Shown here: piece by piece, positions 10,007 to 20,190 of the stretch
How positions within the stretch are numbered: the stretch's first letter is position 1
Layout: every line of letters begins with the position of its first letter
Assembly: GCA_963764725.1 (NCBI GenBank)
Contig: CAVXTM010000001.1
Location: forward strand, 192,001-256,000
Origin: an uncultured Gammaproteobacteria bacterium
Lineage (GTDB): Bacteria; Pseudomonadota; Gammaproteobacteria; JACCXJ01
DNA: 64,000 bases
Reading direction: 5' to 3'
Made by a program: the position numbers and the translations under genes
The notes under the pieces: model-generated
What the model saw: only the letters and a program-made list of their open reading frames with translations
Told to the model about the DNA's origin: nothing
Databases searched by the model: none

Positions 10007-10024
10007 CGTCCGGTACGGCGCTGC

Positions 10025-10200
10025 CTAGCCCATGATATGGCACGCCTTCGAGACATTCCCAAGTTGCTTCGCCAGCTCCAACAATCCTAGCTTCGGTCGA
10101 ATGATCTTCTCACTCTGAGTCATCGTCGTTCTCCTTTGTCGTCATTTATGACCAACACGCGGAGAATACCAACTGGTCAGATAAGATTATAACTAATACA
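10025..10200 (-). mobile_element. IS481 family remnant (left end plus the first 32 codons of the transposase)
   Basis: Minus strand starts TGTATTAGTTATAATCTTATCTGAC at 10200; RBS AAAGGAG; MTQSEKIIRPKLGLLELAKQLGNVSKACHIMG* (10123-10025). Confidence 0.75.
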
Positions 10201-10516
10201 GGTAATCCGATCGGCCAGCCTATCGTCTCCTCCTATGAGCCAACTGCCAACCCGATTGCGGCAACCAACTGAAGCACTGCGTATCGCACTCGAACTCTCG
10301 TCATTGCCGATATCCCAAATAGAACCCATCGTGGAGCAGTCTTGACTCCGTTGGACCCGTAGCTAGAGCATGAACCACCACTCGCGGAAGTGAGCCCTCG
10401 AACCTCTTGTTCCACGTGTCGCTGTTCATGGTATGGCGGATAGCTTTCCTAATGCCATGGCGCCAACAATAACGCTCCGCATCTCTAGGGAAACTCAATG
10501 ATACATTCACTTTCGC

Positions 10517-11638
10517 CTACGGCTTGAGCATAATCGCCACATTCTGCCTGTTTGCAAACTCACCGTATCTTTTAATTTCGACAATCTCAAAATACCGAGC
10601 CCACACTCGTGTCACATAATCAATCGTGTGGTAGGTTGTTTGGTAAAAATCGGGAAAGACATGAGCCCATGCATCGTTGTCAAGAAAAGCGATGCCGGCA
10701 TTCGCTTTCCACAGCTCATCAATCTTTGCTCTATACTCGGACTTGTTTGCTAAGTGGTTTTCGACGTAATCATCCCCGTGGAAAGTTGCAACTACTAGTC
10801 CTCCCGGTCTTACTATTCGCCGCCATTCACCCAGCCAAGCGTTCTGCAGCGCTTCGTCGAGATGAGTCAAGACCGAGATTGCGTAAAGAAAATCCACGGA
10901 GTTTGCGCCTATGGGAAGAGGAGGCTGAGTCGTACCTTCCAAGAACTGTCCCATACGCAAGTGCTTCTTGCACCAGTTGATCGCCGGGCCGTGCAGGTCG
11001 CATCCAACAAATTTGGCAGTGGTCATATCCGCAAGGAAATTCATGACGCGACCGCAACCACACCCAAAGTCAACGACGAGGTTGGCCTGCTCAATCTGTA
11101 GACCACTGGCCGCTGTCCAAACCGCCAAAATTTCCGCGGTCCGAGCGCCGCCCTTCATGAAGGCCTCAGGATCAGGCCGGCCCGTGAAGGCCTGCGCGAG
11201 CCATCCAGGCGGAATCGGATGACCAAACTGGTCGCGCAACGGGTTGAGGTATAGCGGATCCCGCAGCGGATCTATGGCGTGAAAACTGATTTCTCCATCT
11301 TCGACTCGATCGAAAGCTACAACATCGCCCACTGCCAGACCGGCAGTCTGAATAAAATTGCGCCCATAAGCGAAAACGTTCGGCGTGTTCCATGCAACGG
11401 TGCGAGGAGTGCCTGAGTTATTTTTTGCGCGACGAGCAGTGATCCGCCCTCTCTCTGGAACAAAGAGGTCGATTTTTTCTGTAGGGCGAATATTCGCTCT
11501 TTGTGCTACAGAAGTTGGCAGGGGAACACCGACAACTTTTAATGTCGCTGTCGCGAGTGCCCCGGCCGAGGATTGCTCACGGCTTGTCGATGCGTTGAAC
11601 GTCATGGTTGATACCTTCTCTTGTCTTGCGCCAACCAA
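10517..11638 (-). CDS. Class I SAM methyltransferase with an extra N-terminal domain
   Basis: VDFGCGCGRV, GCDL, YAISVLTHL, RIVRPGG. Confidence 0.85.
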   Translation of the reverse strand: MVGARQEKVSTMTFNASTSREQSSAGALATATLKVVGVPLPTSVAQRANIRPTEKIDLFVPERGRITARRAKNNSGTPRTVAWNTPNVFAYGRNFIQTAGLAVGDVVAFDRVEDGEISFHAIDPLRDPLYLNPLRDQFGHPIPPGWLAQAFTGRPDPEAFMKGGARTAEILAVWTAASGLQIEQANLVVDFGCGCGRVMNFLADMTTAKFVGCDLHGPAINWCKKHLRMGQFLEGTTQPPLPIGANSVDFLYAISVLTHLDEALQNAWLGEWRRIVRPGGLVVATFHGDDYVENHLANKSEYRAKIDELWKANAGIAFLDNDAWAHVFPDFYQTTYHTIDYVTRVWARYFEIVEIKRYGEFANRQNVAIMLKP

Positions 11639-12025
11639 ATTATGTCGCAGCGCCTAGCCTGCAAACTATCTTCGCGACAAAACAAGCCGCTTAATGTACT
11701 CAGGGCCAGAGGAATTTGACACCCACTTGGCCAAAGCCTTAGTTCGTCCTAAAAAGAGGTTTGGAACTCGCCAGCAGCTCCGAACCGAATCGTTAGGAGG
11801 GTAGCTACTGCCTATTATTCTTCACGACAGACTCCCCTACTTGTGTCGTCACAGGATCTGATACGCTAACCAATTCCGCATTCGATGCCAGGCACTACAC
11901 CAATTCGTGTCCTCAAGGGCATCGATTAGTGACTGAAATTTGGGACTGGCTAGGAAAGTCCGGGCCCAAGGTAACCAACTCCGGTGACCTAGCGTATTCG
12001 GTGTGAACGCAAATCTGGCGGTCCC

Positions 12026-13068
12026 GTGACCACTCATGAATGTGAAGAAAATGGAGAAATCTCCCACAAAATATTATTACATATCGGAGCGCCCAAGTGC
12101 GGAAGCTCCGCTATTCAGAAGTTTCTCGCTAACAATGCCACCGAACTATACGGTCAGAACATCATTGTCCCAGGACAAAAATTCGAATACCGGAATAATA
12201 TAAGCGGTAACCATATTTGGTATATTGAAGAACTTGCCACAGATATCAAGGCAGCAAAGGAGGTAATCGCTCGTCAATTAAAATCTCTAGTCGCAGAACA
12301 TCTTAATAACGTTGAAATAGGTAAACAACAACCGAAGATAATTATTAGTGCAGAAAACTTGACTAGAAAACAAAATTATTTGTTATTCGAAGGTATTCCA
12401 GAATTCTCTGTGCATCCTTTGATTTATGTTCGGCGTCAAGATGACTTCCTTATTTCTGCGTGGCAACAATGGTATTTAAAGGAGAACGACGACTTTTTGG
12501 CTTGGTTAATATCGAGTATAGGACGACTTGGTAACTGGAGTCATCTGTTGGAGCCATGGGCTAAAACTTACGGCAAAGAGAATATGCTTGTGAGAGCATT
12601 CGACAAAAATAGAATGCACAAAGGAAGTATAATAAGTGACTTCTGTCGTCAGGCCGGAATCGCGGAGACGAGTGTGCAGGATGTGGGCAACGCTAATCCA
12701 TCTCCAAAGCAGTAGGTGAATTGGCCGCTTGCGCGAACGGGGTATTCAAGGATATTCACGACCATGATTTCTTTCATATGATCACCGCTCTGACCGGAGA
12801 CCGTCACTACAAATCAGAAAAGGACGAGTTTTTGTCGTCCGCGCAACGACGAGCAATAATGAGTCACTATGAGGCAGGTAACTCAAAGTTGCGAGAACAA
12901 TTTTTCCCCGGACTCGGCGAGAAGGATGACCTTTTTTCTCCTGTGGTAGACGTGTCTGGTTCAGATGTAAGGGATATCGAGTCAGCCAAATTCGCGCTAT
13001 TAGCAGAGCTCGTTTTTGGATTGTATAAGCGGCGGCTAAAAAATCTGGAAACGGGAAAGACGCTCTAG
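12026..13068 (+). pseudogene. Sulfotransferase-like P-loop protein, frameshifted near 12700
   Basis: LLHIGAPKCGSSAIQ, IISAENL, YVRRQD; continues after ANPS in another frame (SKAVGELAAC...); AT-rich. Confidence 0.65.
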
Positions 13069-13944
13069 AAAAGAAAGCGAGGCTAGACGGCGGCGCTGTG
13101 ACTTGCCACCAAAAATCAGAGGTTCGCCGCAATGCCGGTCGCGACCTGATTGCGCGAAACGGAGGTTGTCGGAGCGAAGGGGGTATAGGAAGCCCTGGTT
13201 CATCCAGCCTTCTTCATTGCGGTCGTGCCCAATGGATCATGTGCTGGAACTCGTGCGCCAGCACACTGTCGAGCTCCGGGTTGCCGGGAGTCTGGTTTTC
13301 GGCGCTGCCGAAGAACAGCTCCTTCTCGTTGGAAAATTCGTTGGCCAGGCGATCGGAGGTCTCCGTCCACACCGGGGTTCCACTCGCTGCCAAAGAATTC
13401 GCGATTGGTGGGGTAGACGTTTTCTTGGAAGTTGTCTACCACGGCCTGCACATCGCGCTCGACGACGGGCACCCCGACCTGGGCGAAGAAATACACGTTC
13501 TCGGACTTGTAGATCAACTCTGCCGTCACCTGCTATGCCGACGCGATCGATCAATTGCTGTTGCTTGGCGTGCGGAAGCCGTCTGAAACCGAAGCTCTCG
13601 ACGCCCGTCGGCGTGTTTACCCAGCCCGTGTAGATAAAGTGGCAGAGCTCAAAGAAAATTTACAGCAGGCTCGTGAGATGCTCAAGCAGCGAGACGAACA
13701 GGAAACCCTGCGATTAGAACTGAACCGGCTGATACGCTCGAAGAGCTAGCGTATTACGGCGCCGCTTCGGAAAACTGCCATGGCGTTGAGGAGGATTTTG
13801 CGAACGCCTGATGGAAAGGGAGCGACATGATCGACTATGCTCGCATCAGCCACATGCTGGCCTATGAGCATCGGGGGTGTGGCCACTCAATGTAACGCCG
13901 CTCGATCCGACGACGAAGAGCGTCTTTCGGAAAGGCACGCGAGG

Positions 13945-14502
13945 CTGGGAGTATCCGTTGCTATGCTAAAGCGCGGATGAAAGACATCGAGGCCTTCGCG
14001 GAACTGGGAGAGCACTTTGATTACTTGGTCAAGACCTACTCGTCTGGCATGTGCGTGTGTCTGGCGTTCTCCACGTTCATATTCTTGGAACCGCTTGGTG
14101 GACGAGACCCTGAGCGTCGGCGACTTTTTTCGAGTTATTGGCACGCTCGCAGGTGCGGGTCGAGGCACCTATCTCGGCGTAATACTTCACGATCGACTAG
14201 GCCAAGGGATTTTTTCGACACATGTTCATGGTCAAGGAGTTAAGATTCCGCCCTTTGAAGCTGGAGAACTGGTACGCGCGTGCTTCGAAGTGAGGATGTC
14301 GCTTAACCCAGGCGCTTATGGGTTAGTGGTCGTCGCCAGTGCAAGGGACCCGGCGGGCGACCCAAACCGCGGTGTATTTCTTGATCGCCACGGGCAGCTT
14401 GGACCAATCCAGGTTGTCTGGTCGCGCCCGGTTAGGCCATGTGGGGGATCTCATGGCTCGATACGAAAATTGATGTGGAAGTCGTGGAGGCTTTCACAGT
14501 AG
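13945..14502 (+). pseudogene. Degraded Wzt-type ABC ATPase with C-terminal Wzt_C domain
   Basis: IEAFAELGEHFDYLVKTYSSGM, LVDETLSVGDFF, then MSLNPGAY; frameshifts, no Walker A. Confidence 0.75.
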
Positions 14503-14535
14503 AGAAAGAGGAAAACATCAGATAGGAGTCAACCC

Positions 14536-15351
14536 TTGGTGACAGAACGATGCCATGAGCTCCCGCCAACAAACTCAAAGGAGAAAAGTGTGGTCTTTAT
14601 TACCATGCACAAAGCGGGGAGCGTTTTCGTCAACGGCGTGATACGGGATATTCTCACCGGGCTTGGCCTGGTTCACATTGATTTTGCGAAAACAGCCTTC
14701 CGGAAGAGTGCATTTGAAGCGGATTACTGCATCGAGCGGTCTCCTTTGCTAAGTATGCCAGGATACTACTTCGGCGCCTTTCGCGGGCCATACGTCGAAA
14801 GCTTTGCGGACCTGTCGAAAAACCGTCTGGTGGTGCAGGTGAGAGATCCGCGAGACTGTATTGTGTCCTTGTACTTCTCGTTCCGCTATAGTCACCCTTT
14901 ACCCGGCGAGGGAGAACTTCGGGACAGACTAAAACACATCCGTAGCGAAACCTCGGCGAAGGCGATCGATTCGTTCGCGATGGATCAGGTTCGCAACCAG
15001 GCGAAAGGGATGACAGTTATCCGGAAGGTTCTAGAGCATTATCCGGAGACGCTTCTGCTCAAGTATGAGGAAATGGTGTTGGATTTTGACGCGTGGTTCC
15101 AAAAGCTCAGGGAGTTCTTGGGAGTGCCTATGTCTCAGGACGACATCAACCGGTATAAAACGGCGGTCTTGCCCTGCCACGAAGACGTCAACAAACACAA
15201 ACGACAGGTTCTTCCCGGGGACTTTAGACGAAAGCTTGAGATCGAGACGCAGGAGGCGGTGACGCGGGGGCTCCAAGTGCACCTAGAGCGTTTTGGTTAC
15301 CTAGATTTTGGGGTTGACCGCGAAATGAAAGACTATGGAGATCCGAGCTAG
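14536..15351 (+). CDS. Sulfotransferase domain protein
   Basis: TMHKAGS (5'-PSB-like), RDPRDCIVSLYFS (3'-PB), LKYEEM, RQVLPGDF. Confidence 0.75.
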   Translation: MVTERCHELPPTNSKEKSVVFITMHKAGSVFVNGVIRDILTGLGLVHIDFAKTAFRKSAFEADYCIERSPLLSMPGYYFGAFRGPYVESFADLSKNRLVVQVRDPRDCIVSLYFSFRYSHPLPGEGELRDRLKHIRSETSAKAIDSFAMDQVRNQAKGMTVIRKVLEHYPETLLLKYEEMVLDFDAWFQKLREFLGVPMSQDDINRYKTAVLPCHEDVNKHKRQVLPGDFRRKLEIETQEAVTRGLQVHLERFGYLDFGVDREMKDYGDPS

Positions 15352-15409
15352 CGAACAGCTGTTTGGATCATCGATCGGAACGGGGCGTATCCCGTGCCAA
15401 AAAGTTTTG

Positions 15410-16177
15410 TCACCTCCGGCAAACTCTTACGGCTTCCGCGATCTCAAGCTTCTCGAAAACTTCGAGTTCACCCCCCACCGTAGCGTCCCATATATTGCGC
15501 CCGTGCGCTTCGAAAGCCTTGCGCGCTAAAAAATAACCTCGTTCCGATTCCGCTAAATCAGGCAGGTTCCACTTGATTCCCTTCCCGAAATAGTTGGGAT
15601 CGAAATGATTCTGATCATCGCCACGGCTCACGACGAGCTTGTTTGCCGGACCTGCGACGGCGAATGAGTGATCGATGCCAAGAAGGATAACGGGATCGGC
15701 GCCCATATAAAAAGCGAACTGTAACGCCGCATAGCTCACCGTTCCACTGATGCCGACTCCCCGGGTAATGTCGGTCGAAAACGAGCCGTCGGCGAGGTCT
15801 AGAAAATAGGTTGCGCCCCGGCGGTTCTTGCGCGTTATGAACCATCGGCTTTGCCAGGATAAATACACCGGGATCTCAATAGCGGCGTAGCGATCCTGAT
15901 GTTGCGCCATGACGTGTCTATTCATACAGATGATGAGGCTTGGGCGCCATTTAACCCGCGGGAACAGAAGATCGATCTTGTTCATACCGATCGCCGGCAC
16001 ACCGACGAACTCGTCCAAAGGGGTGCTATTCAGGCTCGAGCCGTTGCCGACCACGAGCATGGGCTGATTCGCGAACCGGTTCCTCAATTGCGCGAGCCGC
16101 AAAGCGTGCTCGGTCAGCCGGTAAGTGAGCCCTTCAAGCCGGTACCGAATAGGCCGGATTGTGCGACCCAGTACCAA
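15410..16177 (-). CDS. DUF115/Maf-like putative CMP-sugar glycosyltransferase
   Basis: VVGNGSSL, GMNKI, ALQFAFYMG, LLGIDHS, NHFDPNYF, DATVGGELEVF. Confidence 0.75.
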   Translation of the reverse strand: MVLGRTIRPIRYRLEGLTYRLTEHALRLAQLRNRFANQPMLVVGNGSSLNSTPLDEFVGVPAIGMNKIDLLFPRVKWRPSLIICMNRHVMAQHQDRYAAIEIPVYLSWQSRWFITRKNRRGATYFLDLADGSFSTDITRGVGISGTVSYAALQFAFYMGADPVILLGIDHSFAVAGPANKLVVSRGDDQNHFDPNYFGKGIKWNLPDLAESERGYFLARKAFEAHGRNIWDATVGGELEVFEKLEIAEAVRVCRR

Positions 16178-16200
16178 CGAATTAATCCAAGCCCGAGAGG

Positions 16201-17694
16201 CTAGAGCGTCCGGCGCCGAAAAGCTGCCAGCGCAGCGCGTAACCTAAACGCCGCGGAGCGCACAATTCGGGCAATCGCTGGATATTTGCGCTGGAGGTAA
16301 TTTGCGACGAGGTAATGCAGCGAGTACTTCGCCATCTGCATTAACGGCACTTGGGATTTCGCCATTGGATCTGGGGCTACACGAGAGGCGCTCCGCGGGA
16401 TTTGATTTCCTGCCCAGCCATGTCGAGCAGCCGCCTCGACCAAGATCCCGTGAAATCCCGCTCGCACCCCTTCGCAAGCATGTCGCTCGAAGACAAACGC
16501 CCGGCCTCGCTCGCCGAGGTTTCTTGCGTGGTCGCTGTCTTCCGCGAGGCGGCGCAACGCGCTCGACACGCGCAGCGGATCGCGCTCGCTTACGACCTCG
16601 GCCACCCCGTGGTTCGCTAAATAATCGATGGTTGCTAGTCCACGCGGACCATAGGCAAACACTGGAGCTCCGGACGCCAAGCACTCCGGCAATTTGTTCG
16701 CCATGGAATACCGTACGTAGCGCATGCTGGCCTCATCAAAGCTATACGCGATCACGAGCAGATCGCTCTCGAAGAGCAGATGCCGGTGTGCTTCCTCGCT
16801 CATATTGCCTTCATGCACAGTTACGCCTCGGAAACCCTTGAGCGCGCTGCGTCCGGCCGCAAACCACGGGCCCATGGTGTATACTTCGAAACTTAACCCG
16901 CACTCGTCATGCAAGCTATTCACCGCGCGCGCTACATCCACAACGCTCGCGAGCGTCATATCTTCAGCCAAGCCCCCGACGTATCGGATCACCACTGGCT
17001 CGCCGGCTCCGCTAGCCGATCTGCGCCTGCGGTCAAGCACGGTCCACTCTTCGGGTTCAACGCAATTCGCGACCGGATAAAAAGGGACTCCGTAGCGCTC
17101 GCTAAACGCTGCCGACATGGCCTCGCCGATGCTCAAACACGCGGCACTGCGCCAGAGTATGCGCCGAAGCGACTTTTCCGCTTCAGCACCGTCTTTGAGC
17201 CGCGCCATCCAATCGTCCATCAGGTGCGTCACGACCGGAATGCCCAACCTATCGATGACAGCCTCCGCCCATTGGTGAAAGCCTTCCGGCCGGTCGTGTG
17301 GGCGGTAGTAAATCACGTCGGGCTGAAATGCAATGCACGCTTCCCATGCCTCCGCGGCATCCACCGCAGGTGCGTCTTCCGGTAGGGGTGCCCAACCCCG
17401 GTATAATCCCAGGCCTATCCGCCTCCAGGCATGAACTTGTAGGAGCGCCTCGCCCGGCCAGCCGGCAAACAACCGCTTCTTGACCTGTCCGGTGGCAGAT
17501 ATAGATCCCAGGCGGGTGCTATCCAGGATTAAGATGCGCGGAAACACCTCGCGCCGCACCGCAGCTGGCAACGCTTTCGGCGTGAAAAGGCGATCGTACT
17601 GAACTCGCTCAAACACTTCGAGTTCTCCGCCAACCGTCGCATTCAGGGTCTGGACCGCCGTCGCGCGCCGGGCTTCCTCGTACGCTTCGATCAT
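16201..17694 (-). CDS. GT-B glycosyltransferase with a residual DUF115 tail at its N-terminus
   Basis: HLMDDW, YVGGL, YSMANKLPECLASGAPVFAYGP; N-terminal NATVGGELEVF. Confidence 0.75.
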   Translation of the reverse strand: MIEAYEEARRATAVQTLNATVGGELEVFERVQYDRLFTPKALPAAVRREVFPRILILDSTRLGSISATGQVKKRLFAGWPGEALLQVHAWRRIGLGLYRGWAPLPEDAPAVDAAEAWEACIAFQPDVIYYRPHDRPEGFHQWAEAVIDRLGIPVVTHLMDDWMARLKDGAEAEKSLRRILWRSAACLSIGEAMSAAFSERYGVPFYPVANCVEPEEWTVLDRRRRSASGAGEPVVIRYVGGLAEDMTLASVVDVARAVNSLHDECGLSFEVYTMGPWFAAGRSALKGFRGVTVHEGNMSEEAHRHLLFESDLLVIAYSFDEASMRYVRYSMANKLPECLASGAPVFAYGPRGLATIDYLANHGVAEVVSERDPLRVSSALRRLAEDSDHARNLGERGRAFVFERHACEGVRAGFHGILVEAAARHGWAGNQIPRSASRVAPDPMAKSQVPLMQMAKYSLHYLVANYLQRKYPAIARIVRSAAFRLRAALAAFRRRTL

Positions 17695-17783
17695 CTTGTC
17701 GACCTATGGATCCTGCCAGGATTGGTCCCGTCATATACGCCGCAAGCGTCCCACCTGGGATGGACTTCGGTCTAGCCGTGCAG

Positions 17784-18545
17784 TTATAAACGCTTGACTT
17801 TTGCGGTGCCCTGATCACGCTCGGCCCGCTCCGCCGGAGCACAATGTCTTAGGGCCGCCTCGTACTGCAGCAGCACGTCCTCAGCCGTGCCTTCGCAACG
17901 CGCGCGCCCATTCTCGATCCAGACCGCCCGGTCGCACAAACTTCGTATGGTGCCGGGGCTGTGAGAGACAACCACCACGGTCTTCTCCGATTTTATTTTA
18001 TCCCTGAGTACAGCTGTCGATTTACGGCGAAACTCCGCATCGCCGACCCCGAGCACTTCGTCGATTAGAAGGACATCTGAATCGAGCTGACAGGCCACGG
18101 CGAATCCGAGCCGCGCTTTCATTCCCGCCGAGTATTCGAACATCGGCTCATCGAAGAATTCGCCTAGTTCCGCGAAGTCGGCGATCGCCCCCAACCGGCT
18201 TTCGATCTCGCGCCGCGAAAATCCCAGCATCAATCCCCCAAGCGTGGCGTTTTCCCGCCCCGTGAGATACGGAACGAATCCCACGTTCAGCGCCAACAAT
18301 GCCGCCCGGCAGCCGTTGTGTGTCACCGAGCCCACGTCGGGCTGCGTTATTCCGGCAAGCACCTTGAGGAGTGTCGTCTTACCGCAACCGTTTCGACCGA
18401 TGACGCCCAAAGATTCCGCGTGATAGAGATCGAATGAAACATCTTTGAGCGCCCAGAACTGCTTACGTTTGAGCAGCCCACGGCGCAACCGGTACTGCAC
18501 CCCGACGTGACGCACCGAAATTAATGTCCGTCTCACTTTGCACAT
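17784..18545 (-). CDS. wzt: Polysaccharide ABC transporter ATP-binding protein
   Basis: FWALKDVSF, GRNGCGKT, YSAGMKARLGF, LIDEVLGVGD. Confidence 0.9.
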   Translation of the reverse strand: MCKVRRTLISVRHVGVQYRLRRGLLKRKQFWALKDVSFDLYHAESLGVIGRNGCGKTTLLKVLAGITQPDVGSVTHNGCRAALLALNVGFVPYLTGRENATLGGLMLGFSRREIESRLGAIADFAELGEFFDEPMFEYSAGMKARLGFAVACQLDSDVLLIDEVLGVGDAEFRRKSTAVLRDKIKSEKTVVVVSHSPGTIRSLCDRAVWIENGRARCEGTAEDVLLQYEAALRHCAPAERAERDQGTAKVKRL

Positions 18546-19310
18546 TCACATCGCTACCTTGGGATAAACGCGGTCATAGCGAATCAGGATCAACAATGCC
18601 GCAGTTACCAGCGCGGCGGAAAAAAGGCTGATGATCCCTAAGCCTTCCCAATCCGGCCATAATCCCCGCAGCAGTACGTTTCGATAGCCGTCGATCAAGC
18701 CTGCCATTGGGTTCAGAAAGAAAAATGACCGCACCTCCGGCGGCAATCGGGCTGGATCAAAGAAAACGCCCGAGAGGAAGAATAGCAAGCGGAGCCCATA
18801 GTTCACGAGTTTATTCAGATCCGGGAAAAACGGTACAATCGCGGCGCATAGAAACGTGACGCCCACGGTAAACAGTAGCTGGACCAACACGATTAACGGC
18901 AAGGCAAGTCCACAAAGGGTCCATTCGATACCGTACCACAGCAAAAATACAACCAGTACGGCGAGCAGCACGGCAAACCTACAAACCCCCATCAAAACGG
19001 CGACCGCCGGGAAGACAGCCTTTGGAACATAAACTAGCCCCATCAGCGCTGACGCCTTGGATATGGTTTTGGCACCATCCGATACCGTCGTGCTAAACCA
19101 TTGCCATACTGCCACGCCAATCATCAAAAACGGCACGTAGTCCACGGTTCTTTTCTGAAGGAACACCCCAAAGACAAGGTAAAAAGTGCCCATCAAAATA
19201 ATTGGATCAATAATCCACCATAGGAAGCCGACATGGCTCGTAGCTGTTTCGGCCTTGAGGTCTGCGTACGTCTTGTACAAGATCAAATCGAGATACTTAA
19301 ATTTCAACAT
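18546..19310 (-). CDS. wzm: Polysaccharide ABC transporter permease
   Basis: GFLWWIIDP, FLSGVFF, LNPM; six TM segments; adjacent to wzt. Confidence 0.88.
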   Translation of the reverse strand: MLKFKYLDLILYKTYADLKAETATSHVGFLWWIIDPIILMGTFYLVFGVFLQKRTVDYVPFLMIGVAVWQWFSTTVSDGAKTISKASALMGLVYVPKAVFPAVAVLMGVCRFAVLLAVLVVFLLWYGIEWTLCGLALPLIVLVQLLFTVGVTFLCAAIVPFFPDLNKLVNYGLRLLFFLSGVFFDPARLPPEVRSFFFLNPMAGLIDGYRNVLLRGLWPDWEGLGIISLFSAALVTAALLILIRYDRVYPKVAM

Positions 19311-19337
19311 GACAATGCATCTGTATCTTGTGTGCTA

Positions 19338-19353
19338 TTGTAGAGCTTCCCTA
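19338..19353. repeat. Solo copy of the MITE terminal inverted repeat
   Basis: TTGTAGAGCTTCCCTA, 15/16 identical to the MITE end at 38575-38590. Confidence 0.5.
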
Positions 19354-19449
19354 AACGCGGGGGCCGCTGGCTTATCACGAAAACCTCACAAGCGTCGTGC
19401 CTCGTCGTTACCAACTGATCGAATGCAAGCGATGCTTTTGTGCGGTATT

Positions 19450-20187
19450 TCATTCCGGTTCGTGCAGGCGCGCCGATATCCCGCCGTCCACATCGAGCAC
19501 GGCGCCATTGACGAAGCTCGAGCCGGGTGAACATAAAAACAGCGCTGCTGCCGCAACTTCCCTGGGATCGGCGATCCGGCCTAGCGGATGCATCTCGCCG
19601 AGTCGCGCATAGTCCTCCGGCCGGCCGCGAAAACTCTCCCGCAGCATGGGCGTGGCCACAGCCGCAGGTGCGATGGCGTTGACGCGCACCCGCCCGCCGA
19701 GCTCGATAGCCATGCAGCGGGTCAGCCCCGACAATGCCGCTTTGCTGGTTGCATAACAGGTGAAGGACGGTTTACTGAGCATCGCGTGAATGCTGCTGAT
19801 GCTGACAATACACCCGTGCGCGGACTCCAGCTCCGGCAATAAAGCCTGGCTGAGGAGGAAAGGCGCGAGAAGATTGACGTCCAAGGTCTCGCTCCAATCC
19901 GAAATCGTCAGGCTCTCGATCGGTTTAACCACCTGATGCGCGGCGTTATGGATAAGCACCGCCAACCCGCGCCCGGCAAGCCCTTGCTGGATGTCTTCCA
20001 CGAGCTGCTTCAAACGCTCCGGGACCCGGCACAGCTCGCGCAGGTCGACTAGATAGAACGGATCGCTCTCTTCCGGATCGGCGATCCGGTCGAGACCAAA
20101 GACTGTATAGTCGGCCCCCCTGAAGGTCTCGCATAGGGCTTTCCCAATACCGCCGGCTGCCCCGGTTATCAAGGCTACCTTTTCCAT
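19450..20187 (-). CDS. SDR family oxidoreductase
   Basis: TGAAGGIG, HNAA, YATSK, VNAIAP. Confidence 0.92.
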   Translation of the reverse strand: MEKVALITGAAGGIGKALCETFRGADYTVFGLDRIADPEESDPFYLVDLRELCRVPERLKQLVEDIQQGLAGRGLAVLIHNAAHQVVKPIESLTISDWSETLDVNLLAPFLLSQALLPELESAHGCIVSISSIHAMLSKPSFTCYATSKAALSGLTRCMAIELGGRVRVNAIAPAAVATPMLRESFRGRPEDYARLGEMHPLGRIADPREVAAAALFLCSPGSSFVNGAVLDVDGGISARLHEPE

Positions 20188-20190
20188 CGA

